From positions 64,001 through 128,000 of the forward strand of contig CAVSLC010000004.1 of assembly GCA_963728565.1 (NCBI GenBank): a DNA stretch of 64,000 nucleotides, given 5' to 3'. This DNA is from an uncultured delta proteobacterium. Lineage in GTDB: Bacteria > Desulfobacterota > Binatia > UBA9968. Within the stretch, counting starts at the first letter, position 1. Every line of letters begins with the position of its first letter. Positions 47,847-59,060 of this stretch are shown here, in pieces. Under the pieces are notes generated by a model. It was not told where the DNA came from. It saw only the letters and a list, made by a program, of their open reading frames with translations, and made no database searches. The position numbers and the translations under genes are program-made.

Positions 47847-50040
47847 ATGGCAAACTTCGTAACGATCGACGGACTTAAAGTTAACGAAGAATTGCACAGT
47901 TTGGTCCGGGATGAGATCGCCCCAGGCACGGGCGTCGATCCGCACGCGTTCTGGATTAGCTTGGGCCAGATTGTCAGGGATCTGGGCGCGACCAATCGCC
48001 AGCTTCTGGCCAAACGTAAAGTGCTGCAGAAGCAAATCGACGAATGGTGCCGCACAAGACGGGGCCAGCCATTCGATGTCGAGAAATACAGAGCATTTTT
48101 GTTCGAGATAGGCTATGTCGTTGCAGAAGGTGAAAACTTTCAGGTGACGACGACCAATGTCGATCGTGAGATCGCGGAAGTTTCGGGTCCACAGCTGGTC
48201 GTCCCGCTCGATAACGCCCGCTATGCGCTCAACGCGGCAAATGCTCGCTGGGGCAGTTTGTATGACGCCCTTTACGGCACGGATGTGATTTCCGAGTCGG
48301 ATGGCGCCGAAAAAGGCGAAGACTACAATCCGCGGCGTGGCGCCAAGGTGATCGCGCGAACGCAGGCCTTCTTGGATCAGGCTGTCGGCCTGGAGCGAGG
48401 AAAGTTCTCGGATGTCGTTGAATTCTCGATTCAAGAGTTGAAGGGTGAGACCCAGCTGATCGCCAAGCTGAAAGATGGCAGCGAAACAGGGCTAGCGGAC
48501 GGGCGCAAGTTTGCGGGTTTTGTAAAAAAAGGCGGCCATCTAACAAGCGTTCTACTCAAGAACAACCAGTTACACGTTGAAATTCAGATCGATCGTTACC
48601 ACCCCATCGGCAAATCCGATGCTGCCGGGGTCAAGGATGTGATTCTGGAAGCTGCCATTACCACGATACAAGACTGCGAAGATTCTGTTGCCGCGGTCGA
48701 CGCGGCGGAGAAGGCAAGAGTCTACCGCAACTGGAATGGCATTATGAAGGGCATGCTCGAAGCAACGTTCGAAAGAAGCGGTGGCGGGATAATCGTGCGA
48801 GCCCTGAATCCCGATAAGATTTTTACTGCGCCTAACGGAGAAAGCGCGACATTGCCGGGAAGAAGTCTATTGCTCGTGCGCAATGTCGGCACTTCACATG
48901 TACACCGATGCCGTAACCACCATCGACGGCGAGGAGATTCCCGAGGGATTCCTCGACGCCATGATGACTGCGCTGGCTGCCCTGCACGATCTCAAAGGCG
49001 ATTCGAAGTACATCAACAGCCGGACCGGCAGCGTGTATATCGTCAAGCCCAAATTGCACGGCCCTGAAGAGGTCGCCGCGACTATCGAACTATTCGCAAG
49101 GGTCGAGGCTGCTCTCAACCTCGAGCGCAACACGCTGAAGATCGGCATTATGGACGAGGAACGGCGCACGACGGTGAATTTGAAAGAGGCAATCCGCGGC
49201 GCGAGCGAGAGAGTTTTTTTCATCAACACCGGTTTTCTCGATCGTACCGGCGACGAAATTCACACCAGCATGGAATTGGGTCCTATGTTGCCGAAGATGG
49301 AAATCAAGAATCAGCCGTGGCTGGGTGCCTACGAAGACCGGAACGTCGATATCGGTATCGAGACCGGGCTTGTGGGAAAGGCGCAGATCGGCAAGGGTAT
49401 GTGGACCATGCCCGAAGAGATGCGCAAAATGGTCGAGACCAAAATGGCTCATCCTGAAGCTGGAGCAAACACCGCGTGGGTCCCTTCGCCGACGGCGGCA
49501 ACGCTTCACGCGCTCCATTACCATCAAATCGATGTCGCCAAGAAACAGTCCGAGCTCATTCGACGCGGCCGGGCGCGCATTGAGGATATTCTCACTCCCC
49601 CGCTTCTCGACCGAACGTTGACACCGGAGGAGATCCAGAAGGAATTAGACAACAACGCACAAGGTATTCTTGGGTACGTGGTCCGCTGGATCGATCAAGG
49701 AGTTGGGTGCTCGAAGGTTCCCGACATTGGCAACGTCGGCCTAATGGAAGACCGCGCGACCTTGCGGATATCGAGTCAACATATTGCCAACTGGCTGCAC
49801 CACGGTATCGTCGACCAACCGCAGGTAAGAAAAACCTTTGAGCGAATGGCGGTGGTGGTGGATCGGCAAAACAATCAGGACCCGAACTATCGAAAAATGG
49901 CGCCCGAGTTCGACAAAAGCATTGCCTTCCAGGCGGCGTTGGATCTCGTCTTCAAAGGAAGAGAGGCAGAAAACGGTTACACCGAACCGGTGCTTCACGC
50001 ACGACGACGCCAGGCAAAAACCGCAAGTCTCGGCGGTTAA
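47847..50040 (+). CDS. glcB: Malate synthase G (+1 frameshift near 48890)
   Basis: [40 protein letters not shown] / [43 protein letters not shown]. Confidence 0.95.
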
Positions 50041-50263
50041 AATGCTCCGCTTTGATTCGATGGCACATATGTTCGCACCGCCCGAGTTGATGAATTAAAA
50101 AACTCCATGGTCGCTCTTTCGGTTGACAAGGGGGACTGCCGTATATCTTTGGCACTGAGTAGTTCCGTTTTGGCGTATCGATTCAACACGCTCAATGCAT
50201 TCGGTCACTGAAGGTTGTTTAGTCGTGATTTTAGAACCGGGCATGTGCGCTAACGGGAAGTCA

Positions 50264-50876
50264 ATGGAGCAGCGGGCACCAGTTTCGTTCCGGCGCGGGG
50301 CCGTAGGAAAACTTCGAACCATCCTGTGCCAATTCATCCTTGCGGCTTCCCTGGCCGGGATTGGTTGTAACGAGCAGCCGACCTCCGCAACGACCTCTCT
50401 ACGCGAACCGGACGTGCGCTACGAACCCACCTCACCGGATGTGGTGCAGGTGATGTTTCGGTCTCGCCAACGTCAAAGCGGGTGAGGTGGTCTACGATTT
50501 AGGATGCGGTGATGGCCGGATCGTCATCACCGCAGTTCGAGAGTTCGGCGCGCGCGGCGTCTGCGTCGATATCGATCCGCAGCGCATCGCTGAAAGCAGG
50601 GAAAACGCCCGCGCGGCCGGCGTTACTGAAAACATCCGTTTTTTCACCCAGGACCTTTTTGAGACAGACGTGAGCGAGGCGTCGGTGGTCATGCTTTTCC
50701 TCTCGCCCGAGCTCAATCTAAAACTGCGGCCAAAACTGCTGCGCGAGCTCAACCCGGGCGCCCGCATCGTCTCGCATTGGCATGACATGGGCGACTGGAA
50801 GCCGCAAAAAGCCGTGCGCGTTCGAAGCGACGGCCGGGAGCGTTCCATTTACCTTTGGAACATCCCGCCACGCTAA
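50264..50876 (+). CDS. SAM-dependent methyltransferase with lipoprotein-like N-terminus (frameshift near 50460)
   Basis: LAGIGC lipobox, PDVRYEPT..DVV..M, then ANVKAGEVVYDLGCGDGRIV, NLKLRPKL, GARIVSH in another frame. Confidence 0.82.
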
Positions 50877-51003
50877 CAAATCGCGCGCTCAAGTGGCCAG
50901 CGCGGCGCACGCGCTGAAACGACGTTTAAGCGGACAGCGTTGTCGAAATAAGTAGCGGTCAGAATCTCGCAGGAGAATATCTCGGAGATCGCGGACTGCC
51001 CGC

Positions 51004-51837
51004 TCACGGCGCATCGCTCGGATCCCAGCAGGTTCGCAGATTTTCATCGAAGCTATCCAGCAGCCGCATGTCATCCCGGGAAATCTCGAAATCGAAAACA
51101 TCGGCGTTTTCGAGAATACGCCGGCGATTGGATGATTTGGGAATCACCACTAAGCCGTGCTGCAAGGCCCAACGGATGAGAATTTGCGCGGTCGATTTGG
51201 TTTCATATCTTTTGGCGATTGCGACAAGCTTGGGATCTTTCAGCCGCTCTCCATGAGTCAACGGGCTATAAGCTTCGACGACAATCCCTTTGGCCCGGCA
51301 GAAAGCCAATAAATCTTGCTGATACAAATAGGGGTGAAACTCCACCTGATTGACCGCGGGGACGGTTTCGCTCTCGGCAAGCAGCTCGCTCAAGTGCGCG
51401 ATGGTGAAATTGCTGACGCCGATGGAACGCGTCTTCCCCTTTTTCCGCAGCGCTTCGAGAGCGCGCCAGCTTTGCCGCCGCTGCCGCACCGGAAAATGGA
51501 TCAAGTACAAATCTACATAATCCATTTTGAGCTTGCGCAGGCTGGTGTCGAGCGCCCGTTCTGGATTACCGTGATCGCTGTTCCACAATTTAGTGGTGAG
51601 GAATATGCTTTGCCGGGGAATGCCGCTCATCCTGATGGCAGCGCCCACGCTCTCTTCATTGCCGTAGGCTGACGCGGTATCGATATGCCGGTACTTCGCT
51701 TCCAGCGCCGTAAGCACCGCGTCGGACGTCTTAGCCGGGCTAATCTGCCACACGCCTAATCCAAGCTGAGGGATCAGATTACCGTCATTGAGCTTTAACT
51801 TCGTTTCAATCGTAAGTTCCATAGAACTGACGCTCAA
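51004..51837 (-). CDS. Aldo/keto reductase (AKR5/DkgA-like)
   Basis: LGLGVW, HIDTASAYGNE, TTKLW, DLYLIH, IGVSNF, NQVEFHP, VIPKS. Confidence 0.95.
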   Translation of the reverse strand: MSVSSMELTIETKLKLNDGNLIPQLGLGVWQISPAKTSDAVLTALEAKYRHIDTASAYGNEESVGAAIRMSGIPRQSIFLTTKLWNSDHGNPERALDTSLRKLKMDYVDLYLIHFPVRQRRQSWRALEALRKKGKTRSIGVSNFTIAHLSELLAESETVPAVNQVEFHPYLYQQDLLAFCRAKGIVVEAYSPLTHGERLKDPKLVAIAKRYETKSTAQILIRWALQHGLVVIPKSSNRRRILENADVFDFEISRDDMRLLDSFDENLRTCWDPSDAP

Positions 51838-52039
51838 AAGAAAGTTTGCACGGCTGGCTGAGGCGATTCAAGAAACCAGCTATTTTTGCGCGCAATCAGG
51901 TTACGGATTTGGACGCCCCTTTGGTACGAATCATTTCCGTGGAAGTGATTTCTAACCCTCGCTCACCGCTCCAGTCCTTGCTGATCACCCTAATGATCAT
52001 TTGTTATCTCAGTATGAGTCCTTCCTTACGAGAACAGCG

Positions 52040-53674
52040 CTATGGCTTGAAGCCGACCACGAGGTGGGCCCGATGGGACTCGGGAAAAGGCTCTCCATCG
52101 CACTTGAGGGTGACGATGTACGTGCCCGCCGTCGGGATGGATTCGGGTGAGATAATCGCCTTAAGCTCGTCTTTGGACACGAAGCTCGTCGGTAGAGGCT
52201 CGCCGTTGAGCATGACTTGGTGGAATGGCCACATCCCGCCCGCACCACGCACCTTCATTACCGTCGGACCCGATCCCTCGGTGAGAAAAAGCGGCGCGAT
52301 CTCGAGATCCAGCGGCAAACTCTGAAACGAATAGAATGACGGAATCGGATTCTTGTATCTCTTAAATCCGATATCGATCAGCTTTCCGTCCATGATTACC
52401 ATCTTGACGTTCTGCGTCATCCAGATATCTCGCAGCGGATCCCCCTCGACGATGGACAGGTCTGCGACCTTGCCGGGCTCGACACTGCCGTAGTCATTGT
52501 CCTTGCCGAAAGTTCTCGCGACGTTAAGGGTGGCAGCCTGGATCGCTGTCATCGGCGGCACACCCGCTTCGACGTCCATCACCAGGGCCTGATGCATCAA
52601 TAAAGCTGCCATGCCGCGAGGCGGGTCCGAGCCTTCTTTCAGGATACCGCCGGCCTGGACGAAACGGCGGATGAACTCATTGGCTTTGTCATAACCGATC
52701 CTGGCGCGCTCGCGCTGCTCGGGCGTATAACGCTTGAGCAACTTGTCATAGGAGTTATCAGTCACCGCTCGGACTGCGGCGGGAAGGTCGGCTTCGGGGT
52801 CGTTCAAGATTTGATTTTCTCTTTCCCTGAAACGATGCCGCGCTCGGCGACAGCGGTCGCAGCCATTTGGCAATCGTCGGCGTCCATGCGACCTGATGCT
52901 GCACCATCGCGCCGATCACCTCGTCGAAATTCTCGGTCTGATAATAAGCGCCGGCAAGCTCCTGATCGATGACGCCGCCGAGCCGATCCTCAGCCAGCTT
53001 GCGCCTGGCCGGCGCATAAGGGATGGAGCTGTAACCCACGGACCAGATGTGCTCGATGGCGTCGACCCCTGCATCGCAGTAGCCGACCACGTCCCAACTA
53101 TGGGCGGCAACCGCCATGCCCAGCCGGTGAGCCTCCTGGACAGCGACTTTCACCAGATCGAGAGAAAGAAATTCATTGACCTTGAGGATATCGCACCCTA
53201 TTTCTTTTTTGCGCTGCACCGCGCGGCGCACTTCATCCGCCGTCGTGACGATGATGTTGTCACGAAAGGTTCTCGATCCGAAGGCATCGTGCCCGGTGCC
53301 AACGCCACCGATTGCCCGGCCCGACATCCAGATTCGCGGGCCGCGAATTTTTCCTAGATCGGTGCCCTGCTTTTGAGCGAGAGTCCATGGCCCATCCTGG
53401 TAAAGCTCGATATTGGCGCACGTGGTAATGCCGAGATGGAGGTAGAGCTCTCCGTGGAAATCCTCCAGATGGCCGTGACCATCGATGAAGCCCGGCAGAA
53501 CGGTTTTGCCGTTGACGTCGATCACCTGGGCGCCCGCCGGAACAGCGAGTTCGCCGCTCCGCCTACCGCGGTGAACTTTCTTCCCTGAATAATGATCATC
53601 GAATTGTCGATAGGCGGCCGACCGGTGCCATCGATCAATTTCCCACCCTGCACAACGAGTATTTCCTCTGCCAT
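52040..53674 (-). CDS. Amidohydrolase with C-terminal Ig-like extension (frameshifts near 52840 and 53570)
   Basis: MAEEILVVQGGKLIDGTGRPP, LPGFIDGHGH, IEH, GSD, AIQAATLN, GSVEPGKVADL...GDP spread over three frames. Confidence 0.85.
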
Positions 53675-54088
53675 CTCTTTCCCTCCAAAATCCTGCTTAA
53701 CAGGCCTTTACAAACCGGTTCTTTGCCGACGAACGCGCAGCTCAGTACACGTTCTTCCATTCGTCGTAAACTGAATCTCTAAGGACAACTATTGATGAAC
53801 CGCTTTACTGTCAATGCAAATCTATAAACATTTGCGGCAGGAATGTAACGAGCAAATTGGCGCTAATCAATTTAATCCGCAGCGGACAAGTCGAAACGGC
53901 GGCGCACAAGCGTCAAAGAAGCAACCATCGACTGCACGGAACCGAAGCGTTGCAGGTTCGACATCCAATTCCGAGTCGTACCGACCCGCTTGCGCGCTGC
54001 TGCAATCCGCATTAAAAGAGCCCACGGCGACGGAGCCGGCGTCTGAGCGCCGGCTGTATCAAGCCAGACTCGAAGGAGGTTACGTACG

Positions 54089-54532
54089 ATGAAGCTTTAC
54101 GTCCGTTTTTACGCGATTGCGCTGCTGTTGTTTCCACCAATTGCCGTATTCGCAATCGACGAAAACCCCGCCGTGAAAGTTACCCAGCTTTTTAAGACAA
54201 CCAGCGGCTGGGACGGCAAACCAATCGTTTATCCGGAAGGAGAGGCGGAGGTGACGGCGCTGCTCGTCGAGATTGCACCGGGAGAAAGCACCGGTTGGCA
54301 CCAGCATCCTGTGCCATCATTCGCCTTCCTGCTCGAAGGAACGCTGGAAATTACTCTCACTGATGGCCGGGCCAGACGCATGGAGCCCGGAGATGCTTTG
54401 TCTGAAGTGACCGGCACGATGCACATTGGCCGAGCGCTAAGCAAAACTCCCGTGAAAATCGTCGTCTTTTATGCCGGCTCAGTTGGCAAGGCATTGACAG
54501 TCAATCAGCCAAGCGAAAACACGCCTCAATGA
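54089..54532 (+). CDS. Secreted cupin-domain protein
   Basis: Signal peptide, IAPGESTGWHQHP, EV...H.G, VVFYAG. Confidence 0.88.
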   Translation: MKLYVRFYAIALLLFPPIAVFAIDENPAVKVTQLFKTTSGWDGKPIVYPEGEAEVTALLVEIAPGESTGWHQHPVPSFAFLLEGTLEITLTDGRARRMEPGDALSEVTGTMHIGRALSKTPVKIVVFYAGSVGKALTVNQPSENTPQ

Positions 54533-54667
54533 TCCCCATGAGCAGCGCTTCTTAATTCAGCTCCGCAGCTTCAAGATCAGATCGCCGGATGTAGCTGCTG
54601 CTCGAAACGATTGGTGCAGCGGCCTTCCCGGAAAAAAATTTGAAAAAATTTCCGTGATTGAATCGAG

Positions 54668-54693
54668 AAATTATCCACAGCTGTGGATAATTT
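54668..54693. promoter_or_regulatory. Inverted pair of perfect DnaA boxes in a 26-bp palindrome
   Basis: AAATTATCCACAGCTGTGGATAATTT contains TTATCCACA (54671-54679) and TGTGGATAA (54682-54690). Confidence 0.75.
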
Positions 54694-54800
54694 TAGTTTT
54701 CCAGCGGCAACCTATCGTTAAGAAGAACATCCACAGAAATATGAACAGAGGCAGTTCGAGCAGGCAGCGAAAAAATTCGTGACTCGCGCGAATTTCTGGC

Positions 54801-54830
54801 TTGACAACCTCGCGTCTAAAAATTTACAGT
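54801..54830 (+). promoter_or_regulatory. Candidate sigma-70 promoter for the ExeA-like gene
   Basis: TTGACA-18 bp-TACAGT. Confidence 0.45.
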
Positions 54831-54964
54831 CGCGCCTCATCGCGCCACTATTAGCCACAGAGTTCTATTAATTGCCAAGTCTTTCTTGTTCGTCTTTCGG
54901 TTCCGACGAACGTAGAAAACGAAAGTTGTTGAACACAGACCGCGTTCATGAGGAGAGTACTTAG

Positions 54965-56243
54965 ATGAGCGAACTTCCCGGGCCCCCAGAACACAAAGCA
55001 ATGCTCCACAGCCATTTTGGTTTTCGCGAAATGCCGTTCGGGGTAACGCCCGATCCGCGTTTTTTTTATGGCCACCCGCTTTATCTCGAAGGCTTGGCCG
55101 CGCTGGTTCATGGAATCGAAGCAAAAAAAGGTTTCATGCTCGTCACCGGAGAAGTGGGAACGGGAAAAACGATTCTGCTGCGCAAGCTAATGCGCCATCT
55201 CGACGGACGGGTCCAATTCGTTTTTGTCTCCAACAGCCACTTGACGTCGTATGGGCTTACTGAGTTGATTGTGCAGAATCTGGCGATCAGCAGCAAAGAA
55301 AAAAGTCGCTTGGAGATGCTTCAGGATCTAAATAACTATCTCATCCAGCAGCTGAGATCCGGTCGCACGATCGCTTTGCTGGTCGATGAAGCGCAAAAGC
55401 TTAGTGATGAAGCGCTCGAAGGGTTGTGCGATCTATCCAACCTGGAAACCGACGAGGAGAAATTGCTGCAGATCGTGCTCGTCGGACAACCGGAAGTCGC
55501 GATTAAATTGAACAAGCCATCGCTGCGCCGCATCAAACAGAGAATCACTCTGCACCACCGTCTCTATTCGTTGCAGACGCCCGCTGAAGTGGATAATTAC
55601 ATTCGCCATCGCCTCGAGATCGTCGGCTACCAGGGCCCTGAGATCTTCACCAGGGAAGCGGTTGAGGCGATTTGGCAGTATTCCGGCGGAACGCCCCGGT
55701 TGATCAATATCCTTTGCGATAACACACTCGCAATCGCTTGTTTGGCGGCCAGGAAGAAAGTCTCTGCTTACATGATCATGAAGGCCGCGGGTGGGCTGCT
55801 GTTGGAGCCTGGCTTGGAAGCGTCAAGAGTTTCCGCCGATGGCGGATTTCTCAGGATGAAAACCGCCGCGGCGCGGACCGGCCCACGGCACTCTGAAACA
55901 AACGGCAGCGAGATCACCGTCAAAAATCGAGCTCCAGCGCCGCGCGATCCCGCTGCGTGATTCGGACCGCGTTAAACTTTCCCGGATCGCCACCAAAGGA
56001 CCCGCCGTTTCGCTGCAGTTTTTTGATCGCATGACCCGCGCAGCGACGGAAGCGATGGGGCCGATGGCCAATCGCATCGTCGTGGATCAGATTTCCGCGC
56101 TCGGCGAATCCCGCCAAGCATTTCCCCAGGGAAAGCTCGCCGAGCTCATATTGCGCGTCAGCGTAGAGATTCTGAACGAGAGCATGCGAGACAACTTCCA
56201 GAGGACCATGGTGCGAGAAATCGCCAGTCTCCAAACCATGTGA
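54965..56243 (+). CDS. ExeA/GspA-type AAA ATPase with C-terminal helical domain (probable frameshift near 55940)
   Basis: FGFREMPFGVTPDP.FFY, TGEVGTGKT, VDEAQ, LQIVLVGQPE, SGGTPRLINILCDN. The frame of ORF 56031-56243 stays open back past the 55960 stop. Confidence 0.8.
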
Positions 56244-56353
56244 AATTTATTTCGAAGTAACGGATGCATGGACAATCGGCGCATCGCAGCGCCGCGACGT
56301 CGCGCAGTCGGTGCCAACTTACATTGATTAATTTTCACGGAAGGAAAAATTAA

Positions 56354-56650
56354 ATGTCAGAGAATCCTAAAAAGTCAGAAGAGCCGTTCGATCATCTGGT
56401 GCGCGCGCTACAGGAAGGCGAAGCCTGGAGGATCAGTCAATGCATTCAAGACATCGACCACAGGCTTCTGGATTGTCGAAAGTCGTTGGAGGAATATAGC
56501 CGTCTCCGCTCAACTCTCCGCACTATCAACAATAAGCTTTCACGGCTAGGCGCCGAGCCGTTGAAGGTTGCTGACGAGTTAGCGACCCAAGATTTAAATG
56601 AGATCATCAAGAGCCGCATCGATCATTTTAAGTCCAGCGGTAAGATTTAA
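56354..56650 (+). CDS. Small alpha-helical hypothetical protein
   Basis: 98-aa ORF with GGAAGG RBS and amphipathic helical pattern. Confidence 0.7.
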   Translation: MSENPKKSEEPFDHLVRALQEGEAWRISQCIQDIDHRLLDCRKSLEEYSRLRSTLRTINNKLSRLGAEPLKVADELATQDLNEIIKSRIDHFKSSGKI

Positions 56651-56751
56651 GTTCTGGCAGGCCACGTAGGAATCGTGCATCCTTTCCGATTGACGATCAA
56701 ATCAGGCGGAGAAATTAGCATCGAACTTCTAAACGGACCAGACGCCGCCAA

Positions 56752-57516
56752 TTAGATAATCCGCGCCACTCGTTTTCCCTGCATAATTTCGGTGTCGTGG
56801 TTGGGAAAAGCCAGATCAGGCCGGGCCGCCGTGCTCAGGGCCCGTTCAAGCGCCACGACCGTATCAGCCAGATTGTAATACCAACCGACCGGAACGTGAT
56901 CACGAATATTTTTCAGTGTATAAGCGATATCGCCACAGAGCACCGCCCTACCGGCTGCTGTGTCGAGCGCTACCATCTGCGATCCTGGCGTATGGCCGCC
57001 GGCTTTGAGCAGCTCCAATCCAGGATAAAGCTCCACATCGCCTTCGATCAGTTCGATGCGATCTTCCTGTTGTAGCCTCTCCAGCGCGGGACGCACTTTT
57101 GGGCGAATCTGCTTGGCAAAAATTTCGTGACGCATGAGCGGCCCCGTCCAAAATTCCAGTTCGGCACGCTGGATGATGAATTTAGCATTGGGAAAATAAT
57201 CCAAACCGGTGAAATGGTCTTGGTGAAAATGGGTCACGACAACAGTCTCTATCTCGTCGGCTTTTATCCCAAGCTGCGCCAGCAACGCCGGCGGTTCAAT
57301 GAAATTTTTTCCTTGAGACCATTCCGGCGCGACGTAATCAGGATGATATCCGGTATCTACGGCCACAGGGCCTTGGGGACCCTCGACCAACCAGAAAATA
57401 TAAGCAACCGGTTTATCCCGTTCGAGATCACTGCGCATGCACGGCATAATTCCCGCACGCCACCAGTTTTCACTCATCCCGACCATCAACGCATGAATTG
57501 AATGATTCGATGTCAT
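56752..57516 (-). CDS. Metallo-beta-lactamase fold, N-acyl-homoserine lactonase-like
   Basis: VDTG, THFHQDH, GHTPGSQ, LCGD, PNHD. Confidence 0.88.
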   Translation of the reverse strand: MTSNHSIHALMVGMSENWWRAGIMPCMRSDLERDKPVAYIFWLVEGPQGPVAVDTGYHPDYVAPEWSQGKNFIEPPALLAQLGIKADEIETVVVTHFHQDHFTGLDYFPNAKFIIQRAELEFWTGPLMRHEIFAKQIRPKVRPALERLQQEDRIELIEGDVELYPGLELLKAGGHTPGSQMVALDTAAGRAVLCGDIAYTLKNIRDHVPVGWYYNLADTVVALERALSTAARPDLAFPNHDTEIMQGKRVARII

Positions 57517-57719
57517 AAGAAGTCCTTGATCTCTGGCAAAGCCAGTTGGCGCCAACATCACCTACTTGGGGCTAGGCTTCAGCTCACCCTGCCCATACAT
57601 TGTGTCTGAATTTGCTTGTTGCAACAGGTTTCTCTATCACGCTTCCGGATTTGCCGTAACAGCCACAAACCCGCGAACCCGAAGACATCCAGCCGCGGTT
57701 CGCCGCCAAAAAAAACCGC

Positions 57720-57905
57720 TTACGGTAGTACAACGGAACCGATCAAGTGGATGATGCTCATTGCCCGCCATGATATCCGTCGCGCACACGAGCGTTGTCA
57801 ATCATCACTTCGCCATCGATGCTGCTGATCTGAAGCGCGCCGGCTGACGGTTTTCGCGCTGCTCAAGTTAATGACTTCACGGCGGTAACACGGCCGGGTA
57901 CCACC
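57720..57905 (-). pseudogene. Fasciclin (FAS1) domain remnant
   Basis: Frame pieces VVPGRVTA / EVINLSSAKTV / LQISSIDGEVMIDNARV / TDIMAGN / IIHLIGSVVLP* follow the FAS1 C-terminal pattern, with several frameshifts. Confidence 0.7.
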
Positions 57906-58266
57906 TGCCCCGGCTCGAGCACAGGGGTTTCAAACACCGGATTGGAGCGAGCGCTTTTTGATCTTGGGTGATTGAACTTCTCAACGCGACGCTGGGGTAA
58001 GCCTCCAACTACAATCTTCGATCTGCAACCGGCCAATAGCTTCCGGCGGAATCATCTCGAACTTAGCTAGCCAACGGAATCTGGGCAGCAAAAAGTTGCA
58101 GGAAGGCTGATCGGCCCCGCGGTGATTGACACAGGCGCCGCAAATGAGTATTACACGCCGCAGGAATGGCGAGCTGAGGCTCTTAGGGCCAGTCGATTCC
58201 GGAAGCGAGACACTTCTTAACGGAGGCTGAGTTCGATTGTTTCGAAGAAGCGCAGCGGATTACTTC

Positions 58267-58950
58267 ATGCGAAGATTGTTTTTGTTCTATCTTGTATTCG
58301 GCGCCCTTTTACCGCCCGCTAACGCGGTTTGGGCCCAAACCTCGGTTTCGGCGCTGCCAGCCGGCGTGGCATCGTTTGAAGAGAATATCGCCGCCTTCGC
58401 GGCGGCGGACCGGGAGCAAGCCCCGCCGACAGGGGGAATTCTATTCGTCGGCAGTTCATCGATTAGACTGTGGAGCGATCTCGAAAAGCAATTTGGGCCG
58501 TCCATCGTCAAGCGCGCTGTGGGCGGCTCCAGGATGTCCGATTGCGCGCGGTACCTAGATCGATTGGTGTTTCCTTACAAGCCGCGCCAGGTAGTGGTTT
58601 ACGCCGGCGATAACGATTTGGCCGAAGGGATCGCGCCGGAGGACATCCTGCTCAGCTTCCAGAAGTTTGTCGACGGGGTACAGAGAGAGCTCCCAGCCAC
58701 GAGGATTTCCTATATTTCAATCAAGCCAAGTCCGGCCCGAGCCCGGCTCATTCCCAAGATCCGGGAGACTAACCATTTGATCGAAAAATACACCTCAGAA
58801 AATCAGAAGCTCGACTTCATCGAGGTGTTCACGGCAATGCTCGATGCCGATGGACGTCCGCGCGCCGATCTCTTTCGCGCCGATGCGCTGCACCTGAACG
58901 AAGCCGGTTACACTCTATGGAGAAAGATCATCGCGCAGCATGTGCGGTGA
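58267..58950 (+). CDS. Secreted SGNH/GDSL hydrolase
   Basis: Signal peptide, LFVGSSSIRLW, YAGDND, ISIKPSP.R, DALHLN..GY. Confidence 0.92.
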   Translation: MRRLFLFYLVFGALLPPANAVWAQTSVSALPAGVASFEENIAAFAAADREQAPPTGGILFVGSSSIRLWSDLEKQFGPSIVKRAVGGSRMSDCARYLDRLVFPYKPRQVVVYAGDNDLAEGIAPEDILLSFQKFVDGVQRELPATRISYISIKPSPARARLIPKIRETNHLIEKYTSENQKLDFIEVFTAMLDADGRPRADLFRADALHLNEAGYTLWRKIIAQHVR

Positions 58951-59060
58951 GCCCGACGGATTCATCCTTTCCCACGGCTCTCGTCGCTCTCGGACTGAAA
59001 CTCGCGTAAAGGTCTGTCACGGCGAACGATCCCGAGCCACCAGACATACGAGTTCTCTTT

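Noticed and set aside
56752-57516. Dedicated quorum-quenching system linked to the GH3 amide product
   Set aside because: AHL-lactonase-like MBL proteins are widespread and this one is 18 kb away, with no evidence of linkage.
58126-58210. Riboswitch in the leader of the SGNH hydrolase gene
   Set aside because: A promoter-like TTGACA-17-TATTAC and a weak hairpin exist, but I recognise no riboswitch consensus.
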